From the NCBI GenBank assembly GCA_013239625.1, contig MU056050.1:978084-1042083 (forward strand): a stretch of DNA of 64,000 bases, written 5' to 3'. Of the stretch, positions 26,370 through 39,542 are shown piece after piece. The translations under genes and the position numbers were made by a program. This DNA comes from Lama guanicoe. Lineage: Eukaryota. How positions within the stretch are numbered: position 1 is the stretch's first letter; every line of letters starts with the position of its first letter. The notes beneath the pieces are model-generated. The model ran no database searches, was not told the DNA's origin, and saw only the letters and a list, made by a program, of their open reading frames with translations.

Positions 26370-29300
26370 TGAAATATGAATAATATATGCTCCAATAATA
26401 AAAAGTAGATAACGTAAGAATGGATGGTTAATGAAAGGAAAGAGATAAAAACTCTAAGAAAGAATCAAAAGGAAATGCTAGAAATGAAACATAATAAAAA
26501 TTAAGAATGCCATTGATGGGCTCATCAGTAGACTGGACATTGCCAATGAAAGAATCAGTGATCTTGAAGATGGATTAATAGAAACTTCTCAAACTGAAAT
26601 GCAGAGAGAAAAAAGAATGAAAAAATAGAACAGAACATCCAATGACTGAGAAAATATGAAACATTGTAATGTACACACAACTGAAATATCAGGAGAAGAA
26701 ATAATGGAGTAGAAGAAATATTTAATAATAGCCAAGAATTTAATGACAGATGCTGAAAGACAGATCAAGCATACTCAGAAAACCAGGCAAGATTATAAAA
26801 AGAAACTTACACCTAGGCATATATACAAACTACAAAAAACCAAACACAAAGAGAAAATCTTTAAAGAAAACACAGAAAAACATCTTACCTATAGAAGATA
26901 AGTTGAAGAAACATATCAGACTTATCAGAAATTAGGCAAGCAAGAAGGGGATGGAGTGAAATACAGTGTTGGAAGGAAGAAAAAAGACCAGGGTAGAAAA
27001 AAGAAGGAAAATGTAGTTATTAGGGAATAGTTACAAACATAGTAGATATTAATCTAAATATTATCAATAATCACTTTAAATATGAATGATCTAGATACAT
27101 CAGTTGAATACAGAGATTATCAGGGTGGAAAGAAAAACAGACAAATTTGGTAGTTTAGTTAAATGGACCAATTACCTGAAAGACAAACTACCAAAATTTA
27201 CACAAGGAGAAACTGATAATCCAAATAATGTTATATCTATAAAAGAAATGGAATCAATAATTAATAACCTTCCAAAAAGGAAAGCACCAAGACGAGATAG
27301 ATTCATTGATGATTTCTACCAATTTAAGGAAGAAGTGATAACAAATTTTGACACACTACCCCAGGAATAGAAGTAGAGAGAACAATTTCTAACACATTCT
27401 AGGAAACCAGGATTACCAAATTCAAATAAAGATAATGCATAACAGGAAAACCACAGACCAATATTTGTCACAAACACAGATATAAGAATTCTCAAAAAAC
27501 TATAGCAAATTGAATGTAAAATTTTCTAAAAATAATTATACATTACTAGATAGATTCCAGATACATAAGACTGGATCAACATTCAAAAATTCATGAGTAT
27601 AATGTACCATATCAACAGATTAAGGATAAGCATTTTACCCACTCATGATAAATCTCTCAGCAAATTAGGTATAAGAGAATGTTTTCATCTTGATAAATAA
27701 CATCCAAAAAACACGCAACTTACATGCTCAATGTTGAGATACTGGACACTTGGCTTTTAAGACTGGCAAAAGGTCAAGGATGTTCTCCTTCATCACTTTT
27801 ACTTGACATAATGCAAATCTTAGCTATTACAATCTGATTATTTAAAGTTGTGCAGATTGAAAGGAAGAAATGAAATGGCCTTTGTTTTCATACGATATTG
27901 TCTCAGTAGAAATGCTCCCCCCACACACCAAAAACAAAACAAAGCAAAACAAAACAAGGAAACAAAAAACCCATGCAAAAAAACCCTCTTGGAACTGAGA
28001 AGCAAGTTTAGCAAGTTTTCAGGATATGGAGTAAACATATAAAAGCCAATTGCTTATTTGTATACTAATATATTACAATTAACATTTGGAATTAGAATGT
28101 TAATAAAGCAGTAACAATCACAATGGCACCAAAAATAGAGAAATACTTGGGAATAAATGTAGCAAAATGTAAAGGATCTGATTGTACAAAACATGGATGA
28201 AAGAAATCAGAGTTAAATAAGTCCATACTCATGAATTAGAAAACTCACTGTTGTTAATGACAACTTTATAGATATAATAAAATCTCAAACAAAATCCTTG
28301 CAAATTATTTGTTAGATATTGAAAAATTGATACTCAGTTATATAGATGAAAAAGGATAGCCAGCACAATACTAAAGAGGAACAGAGTTGGAAGAATAACA
28401 TGATTTCAAGATTTCTTTAAAGATAAGGTAACCAAGACAGTGTGGTATTGTTGAAGAAATAAACACTTAGATCAATATAACAGAATTGATAGCCCAGAAT
28501 CAGACTCGAACAAATGCAGTCAACTGATCTTTGGCAAAGACACAAAGATTATGTAATGGACAAAGAGATTTTTTAGCAAATGATTTTGGAAAAATTTGAT
28601 GTCAGTAGGCAAAAAAATGAAGCTAAACACAGACCTTACAAACATTAACTCCAAGAGTATCATAGACCTAATTGTAAAATCTAAAGCTATAAAATTTCTG
28701 GAAGATAACATATGAGAAAAATCTATGTAATCTTGAGTTTGGTGATGACATTTTAATACAATACCAACTGTGTCTTCCATGAAAGAAAAAAAAATAGATA
28801 AACTGGACTTGACTAGAATGAAAAACAAAAAAATTTGTTCTATAAAGGAAAGTGTTAAGAGGATGAAGGGACAAGCCACAAACCAGGAGGAAGTATTTGT
28901 GAACCGCTTATCTAATAAAGGACTTAAGTCAAAAATATACAAAGCAATCTTCAATTGAGGTATTATTGACATATTAGTTTTAGGTGTAAACATAATGATA
29001 TTTGTATACATTGCAAAATGATTAACTTAACAATTAGGAAACAACCTGATTCAAAAAATAGGCCAGAGACCTTAACAGACACCTCATTAAAGTAGATATG
29101 CAGATGGCAAATAACCATATGAAAAGATGTTCAACATCAAATGTCACTAGGGAAATGCAAATTAAAACAGCAATGTGTTTCAGTTATACTCCTGTGAAAA
29201 TGGCTAGGAAAAAAAAACAAAAAAAATCCAGAAGACCAAAACTGACTATGCCAATGCCTGGTGAGGATGTAGAGCAATAGGAACTCACATTCATTGCTGA

Positions 29301-29980
29301 CAGGATTGGAAAATGGTGAAGCAACATTGAAAAACAGTTTGGCAGTTTCTTTCAAAGTTAAACATAGGCTTACCATATGATCTGTCAATCATACTCCTGG
29401 GTACATAAGAGATTTGAAAGCTTAGGGCGGTAAAAATCCTGCACATGAATGTTCATAGCAGCTTTACTCACAAAAGTGAAACATAGGAAGCCACCAGGAT
29501 GTCCTCCAGTAGGTGAATGGATGAACAAACTGTGGTATAGTGATACAATGGAATACTATTCAGCAGTAAAAAAAAAAGGAATGAGCTATCAAGCCATGCA
29601 AAGACATGGATAAATCTTAAATGAATATTGCTAAGTGAAAGAAATCAGTCTGAAAAGGCTATATATGATATGATTCTGTTTATGTAACAGTTTTTAAAAG
29701 GCAAAATTTTAGAGATAACAGATTAGTAGTTGACATGAGTTCAATGTGAGAGGAATTTGAATAGTTGAAGCACAGGGAAACTTTTAGGGGAGTCAAACTA
29801 TTGTGTATCATACTGGATTGGTGGTTCATGGCATGTGTATACATTTGTCAAAACTCAGAGCTTTACAGAACGCAAATTGAACCTTAATGTATGCAAGCTA
29901 AAAGAACCATTTAGGAAGTCAGTTGATTCCGTATTGGAGTGAAGACTATGACAAAATCGTATAAATGTATTGCAGAAATA
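26370..29980 (+). mobile_element. Old L1MC-like element with ORF1 remnant, internally deleted ORF2 and 3' UTR
   Basis: ORF1 piece 'aagaatgccattgatgggctcatcagtagactggaca'. ORF 27104..27370 (KLPKFTQGETDNPN...ESIINNLPKRKAP). ORF 29098..29280 ([26 protein letters not shown]). 3' UTR 'atgagctatcaagccatgcaaagacatgga'. Confidence 0.88.
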
Positions 29981-31622
29981 CAGGCATACCACAGAGATAC
30001 TGCGGTTTTAGTTCCAGACCACTATAATAAAGTGAATATTTCAGTAAAGTAAATTACATGAATTTTTTGATTTCCCAGTACATAGAAAAGTTATGTTTAC
30101 ACTATACTGTAGTCTATTAAGTGTGCGATAGCATTCTGTCTAAAAAATGTACATATCTAATTTAAAATATTCTATTGTTAAAAAATACTAATCATTATCT
30201 GAACCTTCAGTGAGCTGTAATCTCTTTGCTGGTGGAGGCTCTTTCCTTGATGTTGATGGCTGCTGACTGATCAGGGTGATGTTTGCTGAAGGTTGGGATG
30301 GCTGTGGCCATTTCTTAAGATAGATAACAATGAGGTTTGCTGCATTTATTGACTCTTGTTTTTGTGAATGATTTCTCTAGTATATGGTGCTGTTTGATAG
30401 CATTTTACCCACAGTAGAACTCTTTCAAAACAGGAGTCAATCTTGTTAAACTTTATTGCTGTTTTATGAACTGAGATTCTATAATATTCTATATCCATTG
30501 TCATTTCAACAATCTTCACAACATCTTCACCAGAAGTAGATTCAATCTCAAGAAACCACTTTCTGTGCGTCTGTAAGAAGCAACTCTTCTGTTCAAGTTT
30601 TACCATGAGATTGCAGCAATTCAGTCACATCTTCAGTCTCCACTTCTAATTCTAGTTCTCTTGCTATTTCCACCACATATGTGATGATTTCTTCCACTGA
30701 AGTCTTGAATTCTTCAGTCATCCATGAGGTTTGGATCAAACTTCTTCCAAGCTCCAGTGAATGTTATTTTGCCCTCTTCCCATGAATCACTAATGTTGTT
30801 ACTGGCATTGAGAATGGTGAGTCCTTTCTAGAAGATTTTCAGTTGACTTTTTCCAGATCCATCAAAGGAATAACTATGGCAGCTATAGCCTTGTGAAATA
30901 TATTTCTTAAATTATAAGTTTTAAAATTTGAAGTGACTCCTTGATCCATGGGCTACAAGATGGATGTTGTGTTCACTGGCATGAATACAACATTAATTTT
31001 ATTGTCCATCTCCTTTAGAGCTCTTGAGTGACCAGGTGCATTGTCCATGAGCAAGAATATTTTGAAAGGAATCTTTTCTCCTGAGCTGTAGGTCTCCACA
31101 GTGGGCTTAAAATATTCAATCAACCATGTTGAAACCAGATGTGCTATCATCTAGGTTTTGTTATTCCATTTATAGAGCACAGGCAGACTTGATTTAGCAT
31201 AATTCTGAAGGGCTCTAGGATTTTCGGAATGATAAAATGAACATTGCCTTCAACTTCATCTCAGCAGCTGCATTACCCCTAACTAGAGTGTCAGCTTATC
31301 TTTTGAATCTAGGCATTGACCTTTCCAGTCTAGCTACAAAAGTTCTCGATGGCATCTTCTTCCAATAGAAGATATTTCATCTACCTTGAAAATCTGTTGT
31401 TTAGTATACCCACCTTCGTTAATTAACTTAGCTGTATCTTCTGGAGAACTTACTGCAGCTTGTACATTAGAACTTGCTGTTTCACCTTGTACCTTTATGT
31501 TATGGGGACAGCGTCTTTCCTTAAACCTCATGAACCAGTTTCTGCGAGCTTCAAACTTTTCTGCAGCTTCCTCACCTCTCTCAGCCTTCATGGAATTGAA
31601 GAGAGTTACGGCCTTGCTTTAG
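29981..31622 (-). mobile_element. Tigger1 (TcMar/pogo) DNA transposon, 5'-truncated, with transposase pseudogene
   Basis: TA (29979-80) followed by TIR CAGGCATACC.CAGAGATACTGCGG. Transposase fragments [27 protein letters not shown] (31334..31591) and [15 protein letters not shown] (30953..31150, DDE region). Second TIR absent. Confidence 0.95.
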
Positions 31623-32094
31623 GGCCTTTACCTTTCCTGATATGTGCCTTCCTTTCTTTACTTTTAAATACTTGATCGTGTTCTGGTTCCTTTCTATTAC
31701 TGCTTAACTTTAAATAAGACAATTTTTTCTTCACAGTTATTTGAAAGTAATTTGTGTGGAGAATAGTCAAGGTTGGCTTTCTGGGTAAGCAGAAACTTCT
31801 GCTATTTTACAGTAAAGTTCCTCATGACAAGCTTGAGAGAGAATTTTTTAGCCTTTATTTCTCTACAGGGATTAGCAGCGTCTAAGGCTGTTCATAATCC
31901 TGAGACTCTCCTTAACCCATTGTGGTGGAAAATTACATCCTGCCATGATGGTTTGCCTGTTCATTTCCTTGATCAGCCTCATCTCCCATATTACCTAGAA
32001 CCATATGAGCTCTCCCAGTTATATTGTGTCCCCATTCTAAATAGTTTAGACCTGTTAATTTTCTCTCAAATTAATGCAGTTGAAATAACTATCC

Positions 32095-33775
32095 CTTTGG
32101 GAATTTGGGAGAATTAAAAACATTTTAAAGTTCATCTGTAAGAAAACTCATGCAAGAATAAACAAGAAAAATTTGAAAAAAAGAATAGTGAACAGAGACT
32201 TGACGTTAGATACTGAAATATGTAGTAAAGATACATTAATCAAAATATTGTGGTACTGTCTTAAGAATGAACAGGGAGAAAAAAAAGAATGAATAGGGAG
32301 ATCAGTGAAATAGAACACAAATTCCAAAAATGTCAGTTTTACTTTAGGGTAAAGGAGCCATCTTGCATGGAATACTTCATTTTCTTCACTATGAGTCCTC
32401 CCATGTTCACTTTTGTCCCCCTGCAATATTGTCTCCACAGTGCAGTACTGGAGTGCTCTAAAAATCACAAATATTATTACCTTATCATTTTTTCTGTTGA
32501 AAATTTAGGTCAAACAGTGCCCAGATCTTGGCTTCCATGAACTGTCATTCATTAAAGAAACCAGGCCTAACTGGAGAAATGAAGGATTCTAGGGTTGAGG
32601 CAGAGAGCCTCACAAACAAAAATTATGGGTATGTCAAAGGGGCATAGAAGCCACCTAAAAGAGTTCCCAATGGTCAAAGCTGGAAAAATTTGTGCATCAA
32701 AATAAATAGTGTGGTATTGGATTATAATTTAAAATATAAAATAACAACATACGAGTCTACACTGACTTAAGTAAAATATTTAATACATAAATGAATGAAG
32801 AAGGAGATAAATCTTCCTTACAGAGGAATTACAAATGTTATAACACCCCCTGCTCCAGGAGGTAGACTTAGTGGGCTGAATATTGTTAAGCTGTTAATTC
32901 TTCCCACCTTCACCTACAGATACAATGCAATTCCAATCTAAATCCCTGCAAGTTATTTTGTAGATATCAATAAACTGATTTTACAGTTTATATGGAAAAC
33001 AAAAGACCCAGAATAGCCAACACAATACTAAAGATAGACAGATAGATCAATGGGAAGAAAATAAAGCACAAGAATAGACCCACAAATACAGTCAGCTGAT
33101 CTTTGACCAAAGAGCAAAGGCAGTACAATGGACAAAAGGTAGTCTTTCAACAGATTGTACTATAAAAATTGGACATCTATATGCCCCCAAAATGTAGTCA
33201 CAGACCTTACACTTTTAAAAAATTAACTCAAAATGGACCATAAATCATTTTGTAAAATGTGAAACTGCGAAATTCCTAGAAGATAACAGGTGAAAAATTA
33301 GGTGACCTTAGGTTTGGTGATGACTTTTGGATACAATACCACAAACACGATATATGAAAGATTAAAAATAAGTTGCACTTTATTAAAATTAAGAACTTCT
33401 GTTCTGCAAAAAGATTAAGAGAACAAAAAGAATAGAGACTGACAAAAAATATTTGCAAAGCATGTATCTGATAAAGGTCTTGTATAAAAAATATACGAAC
33501 AGTCCGTATAACTCAAAAATAAGGAAACGAATGACCCAGTTTAAAAACTGGCAAATGTTCAACAGATGTCTACTTCATTAATGAAAACTTAATGTAAATG
33601 GAAACTACATTTTTATTTCATAATCTCTAAGTATTGGTTCACTAATTGTGACAAGTGTACCACAGTAATACAAGATCTTAGTAATAGGGGAAATTGTGAG
33701 GGATGGTGTATAGGAACTCTGTACTATCTGCCAATTTATTTTGTAATAATAAACTCAAAAAAATCTAAACAAGTA
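32095..33775 (+). mobile_element. Mosaic of L1M fragments (ORF2 piece, L1MC3-like 3' UTR ~32515-32870, ORF2 3' piece ~32880-33560, 3' end)
   Basis: 'aaagagttcccaatggtcaaagctggaaaaatttg', 'cagatacaatgcaattccaatctaaatccctgcaag', 'cagtcagctgatctttgaccaaagagcaaaggca'. Confidence 0.8.
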
Positions 33776-33809
33776 TTTAAAGAGAAAATACAGGGAAGAG
33801 TTACCTGTA

Positions 33810-33844
33810 TTACCAAGGTTACCAAGAATTACCAAGGTTACCAA
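33810..33844. repeat. Short tandem array of TTACCAA(G) units (19-bp dimer duplicated)
   Basis: ttaccaagg-ttaccaagaa-ttaccaagg-ttaccaa read directly. Confidence 0.9.
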
Positions 33845-35462
33845 ACTTAGTTTTTCTTTATGTGATGGAAAAAGATGAAGCTTTCTCACATGACCATCAT
33901 GTCCACAAAATCAAGACAAAACTTCAGGTGTCAGCATTGAAATATGAGAGAAAAGTTGTTTTTGTGAAGGAATCAATAATTTAGAGGAAATGTCCAAGGT
34001 ATCATAAATCTTGGAGACCAGATCTAGATACATTTACCAGCTTTTTTTGTCTATTTCAGTGTTTTGGTTTTTTTCTTTTTTCTGAATATGGGATGTGATA
34101 GTACATGATCACAATGGTGACATGGCAATTGATCAGTTTTACTTCCATTGAAATGAGTTCTACTTATTTGAATAAGTTTTTCTTTCTGGTCCCAAGTTTC
34201 CTCTGTAAAATGAGGCAGTTGGGCTATACAATCTTTAGAGGCTTTTCTGACTCTAATATTTTAGTGTTCTAAAATTGTTAGTTAACTCAGTGTTTTACTG
34301 TCTCTACAGGAAAACAACTCTAATATCCTAGGAAAGCACATAGAAAACCTTTTATGTTCATGTCCCTTTTATGGACAATTACATAATTGTGATTAAAGTT
34401 AATTTACTTGAGATGCCCTTTTAACATGGAGACACCAAATTTAATTATTTATGTAAGATCTTTAATGGGAACCCAAGTAACTGGGACACTGAATCTACTT
34501 TTATTTTGACATTGCCTTTAGTTTTAAGAGAAATAAAATGACAGGAAAACTAATAGTGAGAACCATGCTCAAAATAAAAACAAATACATCTTGCAGCCAG
34601 GTCCCTGTTCACATCAAAATACCACGTTGTCTCCACTTCCACCTATAATCCTGAGGAATGTGAAAAAAAAATGGCTTTTGGGTGATACTGAAATTCAGGA
34701 AAAATTTTGAAATTTAAAGAGATTTAATTATGTTCACTCGACTCCACTTAATAAGGTAGAAGGACATATTAAGCAGATGCTTAGCATCTATAGTTAAAGG
34801 AGCAGGTTTTATATTTAAAATGGTTTTCCCTATAACCCACCATTTGAATGGCTTTGGTGACCCCCATAGAGCTCTTCTTGGCATGATTTTTGGGTCCTTT
34901 TATTCCAATTTGAAGTTAAAACCCGTTAGAAATTCTCAGGTACATAATTTCTGTCTCATGTATGAGTACATGTCCAAGTGCCAAGAGATGCATATTATTT
35001 TGATGACGTATATATTTGGTCTGTATTAGCTCTATTCCTTTCAGCTGGTTATATACATTTCAAGGAATCTTTTATTCCCTGTGTTCAGCCTTTTAAAGAT
35101 AAATTCTTAAATGGGTACTCTAGAAATGTCAAGGATGCTTATATTATAATACTGTCTCCTAATTCCATGTTCTAAAATTGATTTCTGCAAGTAGTTTTGA
35201 TACCTGTATTCATGAAAGTGAGAAAAATTGAATTGGAAACTAGATTCACCAACTGATGAATTGTAGGCACCTCTAACACACCACTGCTGACCTTGACTTG
35301 ATCATGTGGGAATGTTTTCTGATAGAGTAAGGAACTCTGTAATTCAGTAACCTTGTGATTTAATTCTGCTCTGATAAGCAGAAATTGCTAAACACTATCA
35401 AATTCTACCGGATGTTATTATGTTGGAGACTATTTATCTCCTGGGACAGGCCTGAAACCAAT

Positions 35463-35745
35463 TTGAGCTAGTTACTTAGTTCAGTTGGTGGAAACATGGT
35501 ATTAATTGTTCATGAAGTTAAGGCTGTGGCTTTTTTTTCAACAAACATTTATTGGTTGTCATATGAAAAATCTCTATTCCAAAGACAGCTGAACACTTCC
35601 TAGAGTTCGTGAGCCAGGCTTCTTTTTGATTTGGAGACTAAGTGAACAGAATATGAATGTCTCCCTGAAATCCCATCTTTGCTATTTCACTATTCAAAGC
35701 ACGTTTTTACCTTTGGTGAGTTAGTGGAAATATCTGCAGATATGC
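35463..35745 (+). mobile_element. Ancient tRNA-derived SINE relic, MamSINE1-like
   Basis: Head 'gagctagttacttagttcagttggtggaaacatggtattaat' resembles the tRNA head (ttagctcagttggttagagcatggtgctaat). Downstream 'aaatcccatc...ttcaaagcacg...ggtgagttagtgg' loosely follows the recalled consensus. Confidence 0.5.
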
Positions 35746-35837
35746 TGCTTATTGGACTGTCAAACAACAGCTGGGATCATATCCCTTTGTTAGTCACCAA
35801 GAGTCACCAGGAATCTTAGGCTATAGTTACATACTGG

Positions 35838-35987
35838 CAGGGCCAGGACAAGGCTGAGGTGAGTGGTGTACCTGGGGCACAGAAGTTAAGAGGGCACTCA
35901 TTCTCAGGACTATGTCTTCTTCCGCGAGTATATCTGTAAATTTTGTAACCTAGGCACCTCACTCACTTCAGCCTAATCCTGCTCCTG
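35838..35987. mobile_element. MER96-like palindromic hAT-Tip100 MITE
   Basis: Left arm CAGGGCCAGGACAAGGCTGAGGTGAGTGG...CCTGGGGCACAGAAGTTAAG pairs with right arm TAAATTTTGTAACCTAGGCACCTCACTCACTTCAGCCTAATCCTGCTCCTG. Confidence 0.85.
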
Positions 35988-36489
35988 CCCAGTAGCCATC
36001 TATCTATAAAACCGATAATGAGGATTTGGATTGAGAGCAAACTAAATTGAGAACCTGGTTCATTTATGGATCACTAAACTGTTTTGAAATGCTGCATTAA
36101 TTTACAACTCCATAAAAATTTAAAGCATTTAAAAAAGCAAAACAAACAGAGCCCAGTATGACCAGTTCTGACTGTGGCCAGACATAAATGTTTTTGAGAA
36201 GTATTGGAATTAAGGACTATCAGAGAATGAAAATATTATTTAAACCCAAAGGGAACTAAATCATACTCACACTTTGCATCGAGTCCCTAATTTCTTTTTG
36301 ATTGTTTTATCTGTGGTATACATAGCAATAAGCATGCAGCTGTATGGGTGACTTTACCTTGAATCAATAGATTACCCTACTAAAAAACTCATCATTCTCT
36401 ACCCCAGTATATAGGAGGTGAGTGCTGGGAACTGCCCTTGGCTTTGCAGTTTTGAAAAATAAAAGGCATATATATAAATAAAATAATTC

Positions 36490-36660
36490 TGTATAACCTT
36501 GGGGAATTTATTTAGCTTCTCTAAATCTTGGTTTCCTCATCTGAGAAGTGATTAATGTCTACAGCATAAGAGTATCGGAGGATTAATGAAATAACAAATA
36601 TAAAAACTACTAGCATAGTGTCTCATACATGGTAATTTCTCCAAATATTGTAACTGCTAT
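36490..36660 (+). mobile_element. MIR SINE
   Basis: 'tgtataaccttggggaatttatttagcttctctaaatcttggtttcctcatctg'. Confidence 0.75.
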
Positions 36661-38437
36661 AATTAATGATGCTAATCATCTGTGAGATGTGGTAATGGTG
36701 GATGTCACTAAGAGGTAAGATCCCTGAGAGCAGATATTTTACTTTAAAAAAAGTACTGCAGGGGTATAGAATAATGGAAAGTGATCAGTAATATTTTTTT
36801 TACATGTATCCAAGTTTACTTTTACATCATTTTAAAAAGCGCCTCTGCAGATTGAGTTGTTTTTTTCTTCAGGATGACTTTCAGCACTTACTTTTCAGAG
36901 AGTGGAGAAGACTCTTTGGAAAGGAGATTATTTAATGAAAACAGGTTCTAGGGAGAGCTCTAGCTTTCATCTCTGGGTGGTCCATTACAGAGAGACTTCT
37001 GTGCTAGAAAAGCACAAAGTCTTGTAATTATTTTCTCTGAAATAAACATGATTCATTAACTTTGATTATTATCAAATAGTAAACAGAATACATTTCACAG
37101 CCTCTGTTGTCAGATTAAGAGTGGTCATTATTGATTTGTGGTACACATTCTCCTTGTATGTCATACTTTTTCTATAAAGACTGCTACATAGGATTTGGAA
37201 CTCAATAATTCTATTGATTTCATACCACTGACTAGTTTCCTGCTCTGATTTTTTTTATCACTGTGACTTTGTAGAACTTACAACCTTTTATACTCTCTTG
37301 GATTAGAATGCAATATGTTTTTGCAACAATGGCAAATTGCAATGGTGTATGCTATTGATTTTAGTTAATGAAAAACTTGTTACTCTCTTTTCTTTTAATG
37401 AGTTATTTCCAGAATTTTATAACTGTAGGCCTATTTTTCTTTATGAAGATTCTCTGTGCTTTCAGAGATTGGGGAAGCATATAATGTTACAGTAAAAATA
37501 TTGAAGCCAATTTATCAACATTGTCCCAAGGACTATGCTTGTAAACTGAGGAGAGCTGGCAGCCTAACAGTGAGAAAGCAGACTCCATTTGATGAATCAG
37601 CAATTCCCTGACAGGTTCTGTTCTCCACTTTGTGTGCTTGTGCAGTTTACAAGTATGTGATAAGCAATAAGTAGTACTTACTTAATTGTAACACAGTATC
37701 AATCTTAATGTGCGACAATTAATTAGAGGCAGAAGAAAAAAATAACATGACTTTCCCTAGATGAGACCCTCTAGGTCTGTGTTTCTCAAACTGTACTTTG
37801 TGGACTACATTTATCAATAGAATGATGGGAGTTTTGTTTTCCTAATTGACGGTTCTTTCTAGTGCCAGTTGTCGAAGTCATAAAAGTTTCCTTGTGGTAC
37901 TCTCTCACTTCTCCTGGACCCCTATTCCCTTCTTCATATGACCAGTGCCCATGAGTTGCTCCTCAGTTGTGCAAAGGTCTGCTTTTTTATGCAGTGCTTT
38001 ATGTTTTAGATGGATTCTTCAATCTACCCTCTCTGCACTGTTCCTGTCCCAACTTTCATCATCAAAACACTCATCTCTGGTATTCTATTGTCTGTCAGTA
38101 AAGTAAGAGAGCTAGTTACATCCTCATGTACTGAGAAAACATGGGCCATGATTTGAGAAGGGATAAAAGCATTTCTCACTCTCCCTCCACAGTATTACTC
38201 TACATCAGAATGGGTAGCCCAGCAGTATGAGTTATATATACTAGGAGTTGTTTAGGCAATTGTTAGAATATGGATTTATTGTCTCACAGTTATTCTTTCC
38301 CTGGGGCAGTAATGAGGCCTGTGAGGCATACCTAGGGCAGGTATTCTTCTCAGCCTCCACCATAGGTATTATGGAGTCATTTGTTTTCAGAGTCAATTAT
38401 GGCCAAATGATTTTATACAGAATAGGATTAAAAGATG

Positions 38438-38609
38438 CTCTAAATTGCTAATGGATACGAGGTTTCTTTTGGGGGAAACAAAAGTGTTCTGAAGTTAGTT
38501 TGTGGTGATGATTACACAACCTTGTTAATATATTAAACACCATTGAATTGTATACTATAAATGGGTAAATTGTGTGGTTATGTGAATTAAATCTTAATAA
38601 AGCAGTTTA
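38438..38609 (+). mobile_element. Short 5'-truncated L1MB-like 3' end with retained TSD
   Basis: 'ctaatggatacgaggtttcttttggggg...ttgaattgtatac...aataaagcag'. TSD aaaagatg (38430-38437 / 38610-38617) at a TT/AAAA L1 endonuclease site. Confidence 0.8.
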
Positions 38610-38689
38610 AAAAGATGTATTGTGTCTAGATAGCAGGAATATTAATGATTACTTTAAGAGGCTATAGATTTTAGTGTGAATGGGAATTC

Positions 38690-38880
38690 AAGCTTGGAAT
38701 TAGACTGACCAGGATTTGAATTTTAGATTCACCTTTCACTAGCTGCATGATCCTAGGTGAGTTATTTAAATTCTCTGAGCCATACTTTACTCACTTGTAA
38801 AATAAGGCTAATATTTTCTCGTGGCCACTTTGAGAACTATGTGGAAGTAGCACATCTAAGGTGCTTAACAGGATTCTGGC
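38690..38880 (+). mobile_element. MIR SINE
   Basis: 'ggaattagactgaccaggatttgaatt...cactagctgcatgatcctaggtgagttatttaaattctctgagcc'. Confidence 0.75.
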
Positions 38881-39418
38881 ACCATTTTGTTTTGATGTAT
38901 TCTTTTCCTAATGTACCTCCTCATTTTTTGAAGATAGTTGTTCCCAGTTATTTCCATCCTAATTATACAGGTAGAAAAATAGTGAGTTACAGAACCAGAT
39001 AAAATACATGGAACTTATGTTTTTTAGCTTACTTTCCATCTGTAAAGTAATAATGATATTAAATACCTAGTAGACACGGTATAAGGATTATGATAAATTA
39101 AATTTCACCAGTGAAGAAACTTACACAGTGTTTGGTGCATTGGTGGTACTCAGTGAATGCCAGTTCCATTCTTTAGTCACGCCTGAATAATGCTTCCTGT
39201 TTAACACATAATGTTGGTTTCAACAAGGCTTCCAGATGGAAAAAAACTGAAGGTACTTTCTTAAAAGTATTGGACATCAGACACTGTCATTAAGTCATTT
39301 ATTTGTCCATTCCTTTGGTAAATACTAATACAGTGGTCAATAGGACGAGGATAGCCACCTTTATGCAGAACTTCTAGTATCTTGGGAACTAATTCTATGA
39401 ATAAAAGTAATTGCTACT

Positions 39419-39542
39419 GGGGGAGGGTATAGCTCAAGTGATAGAGCGCATGCTTAGCATGCATGAGGTCCTAGGTTCAATGCCCAGTACTTCTTCTAAG
39501 AATAAATAAATAAATAAACCTCTCTCACCAAAAACAAAAAAG
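39419..39542 (+). mobile_element. tRNA-Ala-derived SINE, camelid vic-1 type, inserted in an L2 relic
   Basis: GGGGGAGGGTATAGCTCAAGTGATAGAGCGCATGCTTAGCATGCATGAGGTCCTAGGTTCAATGCCCAGTAC (A box, AGC anticodon loop, B box). (AAAT)n and A-rich tail. Perfect 14-bp TSD aagtaattgctact (39405-39418, 39543-39556). Confidence 0.92.

Noticed and set aside
30346..31591. Domesticated TIGD1-like transposase gene
   Set aside because: The reading frame is broken into several short pieces with stops and frameshifts and lacks its 5' end; this is an ordinary dead Tigger1.
28240..33560. Apparent segmental duplication (28240-28950 vs 32880-33560)
   Set aside because: Both are independently diverged copies of the same L1MC ORF2 3' region, not a recent local duplication.
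35838..35987. Long hairpin as a miRNA or structured ncRNA
   Set aside because: Fully explained by the palindromic MER96-type MITE.
36858..36950. Strong acceptor ttttttttcttcAG followed by a short open frame
   Set aside because: Only a poor donor (gttcta) follows and the peptide is unrecognised.
39419..39495. Functional tRNA-Ala gene
   Set aside because: It has an (AAAT)n/A tail and a 14-bp TSD, plus mismatches in the T-arm and acceptor stem, so it is a SINE copy.
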